DNA of 64,000 nt. It comes from a virus (Duplodnaviria; Heunggongvirae; Uroviricota; Caudoviricetes). Within the stretch, counting starts at the first letter, position 1; each line of letters opens with the position of its first letter. This document shows, piece after piece, positions 1-9,356 of the stretch. The notes below the pieces were generated by a model, which saw nothing but the letters and a program-made list of their open reading frames with translations, ran no database searches and was not told where the DNA came from. Made by a program: the position numbers and the translations under genes. The stretch lies in the IMG/VR virus record IMGVR_UViG_3300045988_005640, one strand, 5' to 3'.

Positions 1-10
1 AGAAATAAAT

Positions 11-103
11 GGAAGATTAACCCTAAAAGGTAAGGGAGCAGTTTGCTAAACTGCCAGTAGCTGAGAAATCGGTGTACCAGTTCAAGTCTGGTATCTTCCT
101 CCA
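11..103 (+). tRNA. tRNA-Ser (anticodon GCU), type II with long variable arm
   Basis: Hand-folded cloverleaf: 7-bp acceptor ggaagat/atcttcc, anticodon stem gcagt/actgc with loop ttGCTaa, about 20-nt variable arm, T-arm accag-ttcaagt-ctggt, CCA encoded. Confidence 0.7.
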
Positions 104-107
104 ATTT

Positions 108-183
108 GAATCCGTGACAGAAATGGCTATGTGCCTGTCTGCAAAACAGGTTTATAAGGGTTCGAGTCCCTTCGGATTCTCCA
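108..183 (+). tRNA. tRNA-Cys (anticodon GCA)
   Basis: Hand-folded cloverleaf: acceptor gaatccg/cggattc, anticodon stem cctgt/acagg with loop ctGCAaa, T-arm aaggg-ttcgagt-ccctt, CCA encoded; 76 nt. Confidence 0.7.
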
Positions 184-220
184 ATTTATTTTACTCTCTC
201 TCAATTAAAATAATAATAAT

Positions 221-280
221 GCCCTGCTATAAGTATTCTTCCTTTCGCTACCGAAGAGTATTTTTAGACAGGGCTTTTTT
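221..280 (+). terminator. Compound hairpin followed by T6 tract (putative intrinsic terminator after tRNA pair)
   Basis: Outer stem gccctg/cagggc enclosing inner imperfect stem tattcttc/gaagagta, then tttttt at 275-280. Confidence 0.45.
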
Positions 281-345
281 ACAGAGTTATACTTTATAAG
301 AAGCCTTATACAGTATGTCTCTGACGTACATTGTGGTTTCTCCTT

Positions 346-369
346 GACGGTCTCTGTACCGTCTTTTTT
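346..369 (+). terminator. Putative intrinsic terminator
   Basis: Stem gacggt/accgtc with 6-nt loop followed by tttttt. Confidence 0.5.
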
Positions 370-405
370 AAGGGGAAACATGATTAACTATTTGGAGAAA
401 ACATA

Positions 406-606
406 ATGAGCGAGACCGTTTATAAAGAACTTTATGAAGCTAATAAGAAGCTAGAATTTATGCAGAATACTATCATGGCAATTGCAGACAGATTGTCTGT
501 AGCAACAGGTATTGATATTAAAGAAGCATCTATGGATGCACTTCTTGATGCTGTTGATGCAAAGTTCGAAGTTAAGAAAGAAGAGACTGCTACAGACTCT
601 GAATAA
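406..606 (+). CDS. Hypothetical small acidic protein upstream of terminase
   Basis: 66-aa ORF with ATG start directly preceding the large terminase gene; no motif recognised. Confidence 0.35.
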   Translation: MSETVYKELYEANKKLEFMQNTIMAIADRLSVATGIDIKEASMDALLDAVDAKFEVKKEETATDSE

Positions 607-627
607 TTCTATTTGCGGAGGCGCTTA

Positions 628-2229
628 ATGGACTTAAATGCTGTTAAGCAGAAGCGAGTGGAAGATGTTAGGAAAGTCCTAGCTGGAGAGTTGGGGCTTT
701 CTGATGAAGTAAAAGAAATTATCAAATCATTCGGTAAAGACCCCTCTAAATTCCTTCCAACTCAAATTCTGACTTTATTAAGATACACACCAGACCAAGT
801 TAGACTTATCTTCAAATTGATGACTGATAAGAACTATGTAGCCCCTCAGCCGGGTTCTCAAGAGGTCTTTTTAAATACTAATGCTGACTTGGTTCTTTAT
901 GGTGGTGCTGCTGGTGCTGGTAAAACTGCTGCATTGTTAATGGACTCTCTAAGATTTATTGAAGACCCTAACTATAATGCTGTATATTTCCGTCGAAATA
1001 CAACACAGCTACAAGGTGGTTTATGGCCTGCTGCAAAGAAACTATTTGGTAAGTTTGGTGGGATTCCTCACGAGCAGAAAATGACTATCACATTCCCTTC
1101 TGGGGCAACTATCAAGTTTACCTACCTAGAACTTGAAAAGCACGCTGAAGGTCATCAGGGTATTGAATACTCAGCTATTTACTTTGACGAAGGTACACAC
1201 TTCTCTGCTTCACAGATTTCATACCTACAAACCCGTCTACGTTCTGGTGCTGAAGGCGATTCATACATGAAGATTTCCATGAACCCAGACAGAGACCACT
1301 TTATTTACGATTGGGTAGAGCCATTCTTAGATGAAGAAGGCTATCCAGACCCTGAAAAGTGTGGTCGTATTCGATGGTATGTAATGAATGATGGTGTGAT
1401 GGTTTCTGATTGGGAAAGGGATAAGATTCTTGAAATGTTCCCTCTTGAGATTCCTCAAACATACACATTCATCTCTGGTACGATTGATGATAACCCAATC
1501 CTTGACTTCTTAGAACCTAAGTACCGTGGTAAGTTGGAAAACAACACCCCTGTAAACGTTGCAAGACTTCGTTTCGGTAACTGGAAGGCTCGTGCAGAAG
1601 GTTCAAACTATTGGCAAAGACAGTGGTGTGAGATTGTTGATTCACTCCCAGAAGATGTATTTGATGTTAGAGCATGGGACTTAGCAGCAACTTTACCATC
1701 TGAGATTAACCCTAATCCAGACTGGACAGCAGGTGTTAAGATGGGTAAATCTAAAAAAGACGGTTGCTATTATATCATTGATGTAGTAAGATTTAGAGAT
1801 AGACCCTCTGGAGTCGAAACACAAATTAATTTGACTGCTGAAAGTGACGGTAAGCGAACTGGTATTTTTATCCCTCAAGACCCAGGCGCTGCTGGTAAAT
1901 CCTACGCAACATCCCTCATCAGGAAACTTGCCGAGAAAGGTTATCGTGCAAGAGCCAAACCAACAAATAAAGATAAAGTTACCCGATTTGCGGGGTTTTC
2001 TGCTGCTTCTGAAGCTGGACTTGTGAAAGTCTTGAGAGGTAGTTGGAACGAAGCTTACTTTCAAGAGCTTGAAGGCTTTTGTGGTGATGGCAAAACTAAA
2101 GATGACCAAGTGGATGCTACCAGTGATGCTTTCAACAGTCTTAACGAAGTTAAATTATTCAAGCCACCATCAATGGGTGCTCACACAGATTTAGTGAGAG
2201 GAAACCCATATGAGGGGCTTAGACGTTGA
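628..2229 (+). CDS. terL: Terminase large subunit
   Basis: Walker A P-loop LYGGAAGAGKTAAL near N-terminus; 533 aa; first large gene of the packaging/head module. ATG at 628 with GGAGG RBS preferred over ORF-track TTG at 613. Confidence 0.8.
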   Translation: MDLNAVKQKRVEDVRKVLAGELGLSDEVKEIIKSFGKDPSKFLPTQILTLLRYTPDQVRLIFKLMTDKNYVAPQPGSQEVFLNTNADLVLYGGAAGAGKTAALLMDSLRFIEDPNYNAVYFRRNTTQLQGGLWPAAKKLFGKFGGIPHEQKMTITFPSGATIKFTYLELEKHAEGHQGIEYSAIYFDEGTHFSASQISYLQTRLRSGAEGDSYMKISMNPDRDHFIYDWVEPFLDEEGYPDPEKCGRIRWYVMNDGVMVSDWERDKILEMFPLEIPQTYTFISGTIDDNPILDFLEPKYRGKLENNTPVNVARLRFGNWKARAEGSNYWQRQWCEIVDSLPEDVFDVRAWDLAATLPSEINPNPDWTAGVKMGKSKKDGCYYIIDVVRFRDRPSGVETQINLTAESDGKRTGIFIPQDPGAAGKSYATSLIRKLAEKGYRARAKPTNKDKVTRFAGFSAASEAGLVKVLRGSWNEAYFQELEGFCGDGKTKDDQVDATSDAFNSLNEVKLFKPPSMGAHTDLVRGNPYEGLRR

Positions 2230-2245
2230 TAGCTAGGTGAGAAGA

Positions 2246-3712
2246 ATGGCAGATATTACAGAAACACAAGAAAGCTTACCACCATTTAGAATGGGTGAAG
2301 TAGGTTCTTTGGGTCTGAAGGTTAAGAATGGAAGAATCTATGAAGAACCTCGTCAGGCACTAAGGTTCCCTGAAAGTATTAAAACTTTCCAATTAATGAT
2401 GCGTGACCCTGCTGTAGCAGCATCTGTAAATATTATTAAGATGTTTGTCAGAAAAGTCAACTGGAGATTCGTACCTCCAAAGGGAAAAGAGCAAGACCCT
2501 AAAATGCTTGAAAGAGCAGACTTCTTTAATTCTTTAATGGATGACATGGAGCATGATTGGGCAGATTTTATTAATTCTGTAATGTCATTCTGCACTTATG
2601 GGTTCTGTGTTAACGAGAAAGTTTATAAGAAGCGTCAGGGTAAAAAAGGAAAGTACCAGTCTAAATTTGATGATGGGCTAATTGGATGGGCTAAATTACC
2701 AATCAGAAACCAATCAACACTTGATAAGTGGTATTTTGACGAAGACTTTAGAAAAGTTACAGGTGTTAGGCAGAATCTGAGAAATGTTTCACATATTGCT
2801 GGAGCAATTAATCTCGGAGAAAGACCACTAACAAGAAAACTTCCACGAGCTAAATTCATGCTGTTCAAGTATGACGATGAATATGGAAATCCAGAAGGTC
2901 GTTCACCATTACTTAATGCTTATGTACCGTGGAAGTATAAAGTTCAGATTGAAGAGTATGAAGCTGTTGGTGTTTCAAGAGACTTGGTAGGTATGCCAAA
3001 GATTGGTTTGCCACCAGATTATCTTGATGAAAATGCAGAACCTGAAAAGAAAGCTTTCGTACAATACTGCAAGACTGTTGTTAATGATATGATTGCTAAC
3101 GACAGAGCAGGTTTAATCTGGCCTAGATATATTGACCCAGACACTAAAGAGGATATTTTTGAGTTCTCATTAGTTTCTAGACAGGGTGCTAAAGCATACG
3201 ATACAGGTTCTATTATTGACAGATATTCCAAGCAGATTATGATGGCATTTATGTCAGATGTTCTTGCTATGGGTCAGTCAAAATACGGTTCATTCTCTCT
3301 TGCAGATTCTAAGACAAGCTTACTAGCAATGTCAGTAGATATTCTGCTTAAGCAGATTAAGAACGTAATTAACCGTGATTTAGTTGCACAGACTTATGCT
3401 CTTAATATGTGGGATGATGAAGAACACGTACAAATTACATATGATGATATCGAAACTCCAGACCTTGAAGCAATTGGTTCTTATATTCAGAAAACTGTTG
3501 CAGTAGGTGCTTTGGAAGTTGACAAAGAACTATCTAACAAACTTAGAGAGCATATTGGTCTTCCTCCTGCTGATGAATCTCAGCCAGTATCTGAAAAGCT
3601 TTCTCCAAATAGTCAAAGCCGCTCAGGAGATGGTTATAAGACCGCTGGAGAAGGTACTGCAAAGACACCTTCAGCGAAAGACCCAAGCACAGCAAATAAG
3701 GCAAATAAATAA
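2246..3712 (+). CDS. Portal protein (by size and position)
   Basis: About 488-aa ORF immediately downstream of terminase; ATG at 2246 preferred over ORF-track GTG at 2237; no motif confirmed. Confidence 0.55.
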   Translation: MADITETQESLPPFRMGEVGSLGLKVKNGRIYEEPRQALRFPESIKTFQLMMRDPAVAASVNIIKMFVRKVNWRFVPPKGKEQDPKMLERADFFNSLMDDMEHDWADFINSVMSFCTYGFCVNEKVYKKRQGKKGKYQSKFDDGLIGWAKLPIRNQSTLDKWYFDEDFRKVTGVRQNLRNVSHIAGAINLGERPLTRKLPRAKFMLFKYDDEYGNPEGRSPLLNAYVPWKYKVQIEEYEAVGVSRDLVGMPKIGLPPDYLDENAEPEKKAFVQYCKTVVNDMIANDRAGLIWPRYIDPDTKEDIFEFSLVSRQGAKAYDTGSIIDRYSKQIMMAFMSDVLAMGQSKYGSFSLADSKTSLLAMSVDILLKQIKNVINRDLVAQTYALNMWDDEEHVQITYDDIETPDLEAIGSYIQKTVAVGALEVDKELSNKLREHIGLPPADESQPVSEKLSPNSQSRSGDGYKTAGEGTAKTPSAKDPSTANKANK

Positions 3713-4212
3713 TGGCTGAAGTTATCTCTATTTCAAATGCTACACGAGTGCATTCGTATAGAGGTGTTCTTATTATCACTGACAAATTATCTGTAGAGGC
3801 TGGCTCAAGGGTCAGCCTTTCAGGTTATGTAAGTGATGGTGGAACCTCTGACGTTTTCACTATTTGTAGGTTACTTGATGCTCCAATGAGTGGAAAACCG
3901 TTTATTTCAGGAAATTGTAGTGAAATTGTTAAAATTCCATTTGACAGTTCATGCCTTTTGGGTGTAAAGTTATATAACTGCGAGAATAAACGTATCAATG
4001 TTAATAGCATTGAAGCCGCTTTCATTACCCTCGACACTGCATTTCAATCTCCAATGACAGTTAATAAAGAAACAAACAGACTTGAATACATTTTTTCACA
4101 AAATGATTACAAAGTACTTGTCAAAGGTAAAGTATATTATATGATTGTAAATGTGGTAGATGAATCTGGTAACCATTCAACAGTCCTTAAACAAAAAGTA
4201 AGGTTTAATTAA
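3712..4212 (+). CDS. Hypothetical protein
   Basis: 166-aa ORF, ATGA-type junction with portal gene; unusual position between portal and protease. Confidence 0.35.
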   Translation: MAEVISISNATRVHSYRGVLIITDKLSVEAGSRVSLSGYVSDGGTSDVFTICRLLDAPMSGKPFISGNCSEIVKIPFDSSCLLGVKLYNCENKRINVNSIEAAFITLDTAFQSPMTVNKETNRLEYIFSQNDYKVLVKGKVYYMIVNVVDESGNHSTVLKQKVRFN

Positions 4213-4544
4213 TGGGAACATTAACTATTGATGGTAAGAACAAAATCCTCGCCACGCTAACCCCAACGACTATTATTTTACACAATGTAGACCCAACGGC
4301 AGACCCTACAGCAAATAAGGTTACTCAGCCAGTGGCTATTTATTTTTCTGAACCGGATAATGGCTTAATTGCCTCAGAAGACACAGTTAACATTACTGTC
4401 CCAGCTTCTGCAACGGTCTCACACTATAGCTTGTGGGATGCTAACGATAAATGCGTGGCAACTGGTGCTCTTAGCAAACCTCAATTCTTTGCTGAAGAAG
4501 GTATCTATGTTATCTCTTCAGTCTCTGTAGATTTAAACAAATAG
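4212..4544 (+). CDS. Hypothetical protein
   Basis: 110-aa ORF start-stop coupled to upstream gene. Confidence 0.35.
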   Translation: MGTLTIDGKNKILATLTPTTIILHNVDPTADPTANKVTQPVAIYFSEPDNGLIASEDTVNITVPASATVSHYSLWDANDKCVATGALSKPQFFAEEGIYVISSVSVDLNK

Positions 4545-4555
4545 GGTGAGTAAAA

Positions 4556-5902
4556 ATGAGTTCGAATATCTTCAGACTTGCTGATAGATTATTCAACCAA
4601 CCTTTACTAGCCACTGAATCATTAGCTCACTCAGCAGCAACTTATGTGAATAACAGATTGCTGGGTGATGTCCAAGCAGCAGTAAACTTTGATAAACCCA
4701 AAGGTGACGCAAGAAGTCTTTTAAAAGTAAAAGATGACATTGCTATTATCCCTATTATGGGTGGTTTAACTCATCGTATGACGTTCATTGATGCAATGTG
4801 TACAGGTGGATTAAGCTCTTATGAGGGTTTACGTAGAGGCTTTGACGAAGCTTTAGCAGATGAGTCAATCAAGACTATTGTTCTGCATATTGATTCTGGT
4901 GGTGGTGAAGCTTCAGGTTGCTTTGAATTAGCACGTCACATTATGGCTTCAAGAGGCCAAAAGAAAATTATTGCTTATGTAGATGAGTTCGCTTGTTCCG
5001 CTGCATACGCTCTTGCATCTTCTGCTGAAGAAATTATTGCATCACCAGATGCAGATGTTGGTTCTATTGGTGTAATCATGGTTCATCAGGAATTAACTAA
5101 GGCATTTGAAAAGAATGGCGTAACAATTAACGTCATCAAAGCTGGTGAGTTTAAAGGTATGGGTTCACCATTCCAAGCACTCTCAGAAGAAAGCAAAGAA
5201 AGACTTCAAAAGAGAATTAATGATACCTACGCAACCTTTACAGGTTTTGTAGCTGAAGCTCGTAATATCTCTGAAGAAGCTGTAAAGAATACTGAGGCGA
5301 ATGTTTATTCTGCTCAGGAAGCTCTTGAACTTGGTTTAATTAACTCAATCATGTCTCAAGATGATTTCTTAAATTACTTACAAGGTTCTGAAGAGGCTCC
5401 TGTAAGTTTAAACGTTAACAATTCAGGTGAAGAAATGACTGAACAAGAAAAGCAAGAACTAGAAGCTTTGCGTCTTCAGGTTGCTCAAATGAAAGCTAAA
5501 GAACAGGAAGCTGCTTTGTCAGATTTGACTAATAAGATTTCTGCTTCTGCTGAAGCTTTTGGGTTTGATGCAAAAGAAGCTGCAACGACTATTTTAGGTG
5601 CTGGTCTTGATAACCCTCTGAGCGTTCTGTTTATGAATGCTATGGAAGGTGCTAACCAGAAACTTAATGAAACTATCGCGTCCCATGCTTCTGCAATGGA
5701 AGAAAAAGAATCAGAAATTACCAAGCTGAAAGAAACTGCTGGTGCTGTTCTTGAACATTCCAACGCTATGGAAGAAGTGGGTAATGACGGCGAAGCTGAC
5801 TTGGTTGAAGAAGAAAAAGAACCAGCTAAAAATGCTTCCGAAGACACCGCTGAACAACGCAAACTGGCTCTCCAGAATGCTCTAAAATCTCTTATCAAAT
5901 AA
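4556..5902 (+). CDS. Prohead serine protease (S49/ClpP-like) fused to scaffold-like C-terminal domain
   Basis: N-terminal half has S49-type segments (IIPIMGGLTH, HIDSGGGEASG, YVDEFACSAAYALASSA, VGSIGVIM); C-terminal half is Glu/Ala/Lys-rich and predicted coiled coil. Confidence 0.65.
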   Translation: MSSNIFRLADRLFNQPLLATESLAHSAATYVNNRLLGDVQAAVNFDKPKGDARSLLKVKDDIAIIPIMGGLTHRMTFIDAMCTGGLSSYEGLRRGFDEALADESIKTIVLHIDSGGGEASGCFELARHIMASRGQKKIIAYVDEFACSAAYALASSAEEIIASPDADVGSIGVIMVHQELTKAFEKNGVTINVIKAGEFKGMGSPFQALSEESKERLQKRINDTYATFTGFVAEARNISEEAVKNTEANVYSAQEALELGLINSIMSQDDFLNYLQGSEEAPVSLNVNNSGEEMTEQEKQELEALRLQVAQMKAKEQEAALSDLTNKISASAEAFGFDAKEAATTILGAGLDNPLSVLFMNAMEGANQKLNETIASHASAMEEKESEITKLKETAGAVLEHSNAMEEVGNDGEADLVEEEKEPAKNASEDTAEQRKLALQNALKSLIK

Positions 5903-5913
5903 GGAACACAATA

Positions 5914-6291
5914 ATGGCATATCAAGGTTTTACTAAGTTAGGTAACAGAGAACCTCTGAATGATATCATTCTTTGGGAACAGATTACCCCAACAGGCCAC
6001 TCTCGTAAAGAGTACACTCCAGTTGCTTCAACAGAATACCGCGTAGGTGAAGTTCTGAAAGCAGATGGTACTAAGGTACAAGCTGGAGAAGAAGCCCAAG
6101 CAGACTCTGTATGTATCGTTAATTTCTACGCAGACCTGCAACTGTCTTATCATGGTCAGTTGAAAGTGGTAGGTATCCACCGTGATGCAGAACTGAAAGA
6201 CCTGCTAACTCTTGAATCAAGCGTTGATGCTACTGAAGTCAAGAAAGCTCTGGCTGCTAAAGGTATTGATTTCGTACCAACTGGCCTGTAA
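5914..6291 (+). CDS. Putative head decoration protein (lambda gpD-like position)
   Basis: 125-aa ORF between protease/scaffold and capsid gene; assignment by synteny only. Confidence 0.35.
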   Translation: MAYQGFTKLGNREPLNDIILWEQITPTGHSRKEYTPVASTEYRVGEVLKADGTKVQAGEEAQADSVCIVNFYADLQLSYHGQLKVVGIHRDAELKDLLTLESSVDATEVKKALAAKGIDFVPTGL

Positions 6292-6324
6292 TAACAATAA
6301 TAAGACATTCTGGAGAATTTTACA

Positions 6325-7431
6325 ATGTTGACTAATTCTGAAAAAAGCAGATTTTTCCTTGCTGACCTGACTGGTGAAGTCCAGTCTATCCCAAATACTT
6401 ATGGGTATATTTCCAACTTAGGTCTGTTCCGTTCAGCACCAATCACCCAAACTACTTTCCTTATGGACTTGACTGATTGGGATGTTAGCTTGCTTGATGC
6501 GGTAGACCGTGATAGCCGTAAAGCAGAGACTAGCGCACCTGAGCGTGTTCGTCAAATCAGCTTCCCAATGATGTACTTCAAAGAAGTTGAAAGCATTACT
6601 CCTGATGAGATTCAGGGTGTACGTCAGCCAGGCACTGCAAACGAACTGACTACTGAAGCTGTAGTACGTGCTAAGAAGCTGATGAAGATTCGTACCAAGT
6701 TCGATATTACTCGTGAGTTCCTGTTTATGCAAGCTCTGAAGGGTAAAGTTGTTGATGCTCGTGGTACTCTGTATGCTGACCTGTACAAGCAGTTCGACGT
6801 TGAGAAGAAGACTATTTACTTCGACCTTGACAATCCTAATGCTGACATTGACGCTGCTATTGAAGAACTGCGTATGCACATGGAAGACGAAGCTAAGACT
6901 GGCACTGTAATCAACGGTGAAGAAATTCACGTAGTTGTTGACCGCTTATTCTTCAGCAAACTGGTTAAACACCCTAAGATTCGTGACGCTTATCTTGCAC
7001 AGCAGACTCCGCTGGCTTGGCAACAGATTACTGGTTCTCTGAGAACTGGTGGTACTGACGGCGTTCAGGCTCACATGAACACTTTCTACTACGGTGGTGT
7101 TAAGTTTGTCCAGTACAACGGTAAGTTCAAAGACAAGCGTGGTAAGGTTCACACTCTGGTGAGTATTGATAGTGTAGCAGCAACTGTTGGTGTAGGTCAT
7201 GCTTTCCCTAACGTTTCTATGCTGGGTGAAGCAAACAACATCTTCGAAGTGGCATATGGTCCATGTCCTAAGATGGGTTATGCAAATACACTTGGTCAGG
7301 AACTGTACGTATTCGAATACGAAAAAGACCGTGACGAAGGTATTGACTTTGAAGCTCACTCTTACATGCTGCCATACTGCACACGTCCTCAGTTGCTGGT
7401 AGACGTTCGTTCTGACGCTAAACCAGACTAA
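6325..7431 (+). CDS. Major capsid protein (lambda gpE-like position)
   Basis: 368-aa ORF following protease-scaffold and decoration-like genes; assignment by size and synteny. Confidence 0.55.
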   Translation: MLTNSEKSRFFLADLTGEVQSIPNTYGYISNLGLFRSAPITQTTFLMDLTDWDVSLLDAVDRDSRKAETSAPERVRQISFPMMYFKEVESITPDEIQGVRQPGTANELTTEAVVRAKKLMKIRTKFDITREFLFMQALKGKVVDARGTLYADLYKQFDVEKKTIYFDLDNPNADIDAAIEELRMHMEDEAKTGTVINGEEIHVVVDRLFFSKLVKHPKIRDAYLAQQTPLAWQQITGSLRTGGTDGVQAHMNTFYYGGVKFVQYNGKFKDKRGKVHTLVSIDSVAATVGVGHAFPNVSMLGEANNIFEVAYGPCPKMGYANTLGQELYVFEYEKDRDEGIDFEAHSYMLPYCTRPQLLVDVRSDAKPD

Positions 7432-7452
7432 TATTCTTAAGGAGGGTTATGA

Positions 7453-7902
7453 ATGTGCTATACAGGCGACCCAGCCAATAACCCTCTTGATAGAGTAAGA
7501 ATCCTCTGCACAGACACCAATAATGATGAAATTCTTATTGAACAGTCTGTGCTAGAGTGGTTCTATCTAGAATCTGGAAAGGATGAAAAGAAAGCAGCCA
7601 TCAAAGCTCTTAAATATTTACTCTTTCAAGTAGCCAAGATGGGAGATGAGAAGGTTGGTGGTGTTTATTTACGTAACTCTTCCAGATTCAAATCTCTGAA
7701 AGCTGTTTATGACGACCTTGTTAAAAGCTCTGTTTCAGGACTACCCTATGCAGGTGGTATTAATCAGTGTGATATTGACATGCGTCGTCAGAATCCTTGC
7801 TCTGTCAAGAAATACACAGAATATGGTGATGCTGCCAGATACGAAGGCAGAGATTACTGCAACCGTGTTAATGGCGTATTTATTATCGAGCGAGATGAAT
7901 AA
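7453..7902 (+). CDS. Hypothetical protein (head-tail connector region)
   Basis: 149-aa ORF between capsid and tail genes. Confidence 0.3.
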   Translation: MCYTGDPANNPLDRVRILCTDTNNDEILIEQSVLEWFYLESGKDEKKAAIKALKYLLFQVAKMGDEKVGGVYLRNSSRFKSLKAVYDDLVKSSVSGLPYAGGINQCDIDMRRQNPCSVKKYTEYGDAARYEGRDYCNRVNGVFIIERDE

Positions 7903-8384
7903 TGGTTAAAAGGGTTATTCACCCCGCGAGAGCAAAATTAGTCGGGGCTATGAAGAACTTGCAAACGGCTAATGCTCAAGTTGGGTATTTTCAAGAACAA
8001 GGTCAACATAGCTCTGGTTTTTCTTATCCTGCTTTAATGTATTTACAAGAAGTTATTGGGGTTCCTTCAGCTTCTGGTAAAGTATATCGTAGGTTGTTTG
8101 AAATCACTATGATGCTAAACAAACAGACCTTGTTAGAGCAGACTAAGAAGAATCTATATAAGCAACTTAGCAGTCTCAACACAGACCCTTCAAATACCTT
8201 AGAAGCATTTGCAAAGAATGCTCAAAAGGCAATTAAAAGGGGTTTTGGTAATTCTGCTATCCTCCCTCCTAACGCACCTTCCACAGTCAAGAAAAAAGGC
8301 TTTAACGCACCTCTTGTTGAGACAGGTGACTTAAGAGATAACCTTGCTTATAAAATTTCTACTAAGAAGGGTATTAAGAAATGA
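7902..8384 (+). CDS. Hypothetical protein (head completion or connector)
   Basis: 160-aa ORF, overlapping start-stop with neighbours. Confidence 0.3.
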   Translation: MVKRVIHPARAKLVGAMKNLQTANAQVGYFQEQGQHSSGFSYPALMYLQEVIGVPSASGKVYRRLFEITMMLNKQTLLEQTKKNLYKQLSSLNTDPSNTLEAFAKNAQKAIKRGFGNSAILPPNAPSTVKKKGFNAPLVETGDLRDNLAYKISTKKGIKK

Positions 8385-8782
8385 GACTCTTAAACAGACA
8401 CAGCTTTGTAGTAAAGCGTAAAGTCTCTGAAGACGGTTATTATAACGATGATGGTGATTGGGTAGCTTCACAAGATATTGTAGAGGTTAACTGTAAAGGT
8501 AATATCCAGCCATACATCAAAGGTTCTGTAAAGAATGGTACACAGATTGCTTTACCGGAAGGTATCAGGCTTACCGATACAAGAATCCTGTATACCACAT
8601 ATAAACTTAGAACTTCAGATGATGTAGAGTGGAATGAGTCTGATATTGTTATGATTGATGGTCATGAGTATGAAGTATTTATGACTATGGATTGGTCACA
8701 ACAATTAGCCCATACGTCCCATTATGAATATATCATTATTAGAAGGGATAAAATGAATGCAGTTAGAAACAGCAGAACTTGA
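8381..8782 (+). CDS. Hypothetical protein (head-tail joining)
   Basis: 133-aa ORF, 4-nt overlap with upstream gene. Confidence 0.3.
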   Translation: MRLLNRHSFVVKRKVSEDGYYNDDGDWVASQDIVEVNCKGNIQPYIKGSVKNGTQIALPEGIRLTDTRILYTTYKLRTSDDVEWNESDIVMIDGHEYEVFMTMDWSQQLAHTSHYEYIIIRRDKMNAVRNSRT

Positions 8783-9356
8783 AAAAGGTCTAGTTAGAAC
8801 CTTAGTGGATGTTATTGGTCACAGATTAGCTCGTGATAAAAATAATAGGCCAAACGTAATTAGGGCTTACCCTTCTGATAACTCAAATGACAAAGGTTTA
8901 AAACCTGACCAGCCATTTATCACCGTATATTGTCAGGATGCTGCAACACCTTATGGTTGGGTTCTTGATAAGTTTGTTGAGGATGATGTAGTTTGCTACA
9001 GAATTGCTTTTCAGATTCCAGTATTAATTACGGTGAATGGTAAAGGTGCTCACAGTATTATGCTTGAGCTTAAACAACGATTAGAGATGAGTTCAGTCAG
9101 AGATTTAATCCTTGAAGAAACAGGAGCTACAGTACTGGACACTGGAGCAATCCCAAATGATTACACTTATCTCAATACAGATTTCGAAAATTCTGCACCT
9201 CTTGTTGTAACTCTTGTAAAAAACTCAGTCCTGAAAGATGAACGTGGAAGTATTATTGAGCGTGTCATTGTTGATGGTGAGTTAGTTTATGAAGAAGGAC
9301 AAGAGCCACCAGAATATATTATCCATCTAGATGTAGACTCCAAAGGGGTAAAATAA
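8757..9356 (+). CDS. Hypothetical protein (tail completion or neck)
   Basis: 199-aa ORF immediately upstream of sheath candidate. Confidence 0.3.
   Translation: MQLETAELEKGLVRTLVDVIGHRLARDKNNRPNVIRAYPSDNSNDKGLKPDQPFITVYCQDAATPYGWVLDKFVEDDVVCYRIAFQIPVLITVNGKGAHSIMLELKQRLEMSSVRDLILEETGATVLDTGAIPNDYTYLNTDFENSAPLVVTLVKNSVLKDERGSIIERVIVDGELVYEEGQEPPEYIIHLDVDSKGVK

Noticed and set aside
72-299. 75-aa ORF in ORF track overlapping the tRNA-Cys gene and terminator hairpins
   Set aside because: Overlaps well-folded tRNA and terminator structures, no RBS, low-complexity translation; judged non-coding.
613-627. ORF-track non-ATG starts (TTG at 613 for terminase; also GTG 2237 portal, TTG 52816 Prs-like, TTG 27137 HTH, TTG 60989)
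   Set aside because: In each case an in-frame ATG with a purine-rich RBS lies a few codons downstream and avoids overlap with the upstream gene; ATG starts preferred.
1693-2109. Antisense ORF inside the terminase large subunit gene; similar embedded antisense or alternate-frame ORFs at 5485-5925, 6433-6930, 6946-7359, 18822-19349, 20487-20762, 32794-33198, 33253-33642, 54916-55443
   Set aside because: Entirely contained within strongly supported genes on the opposite strand or another frame, lacking RBS and producing low-complexity or Cys/Ser-rich translations typical of spurious frames.
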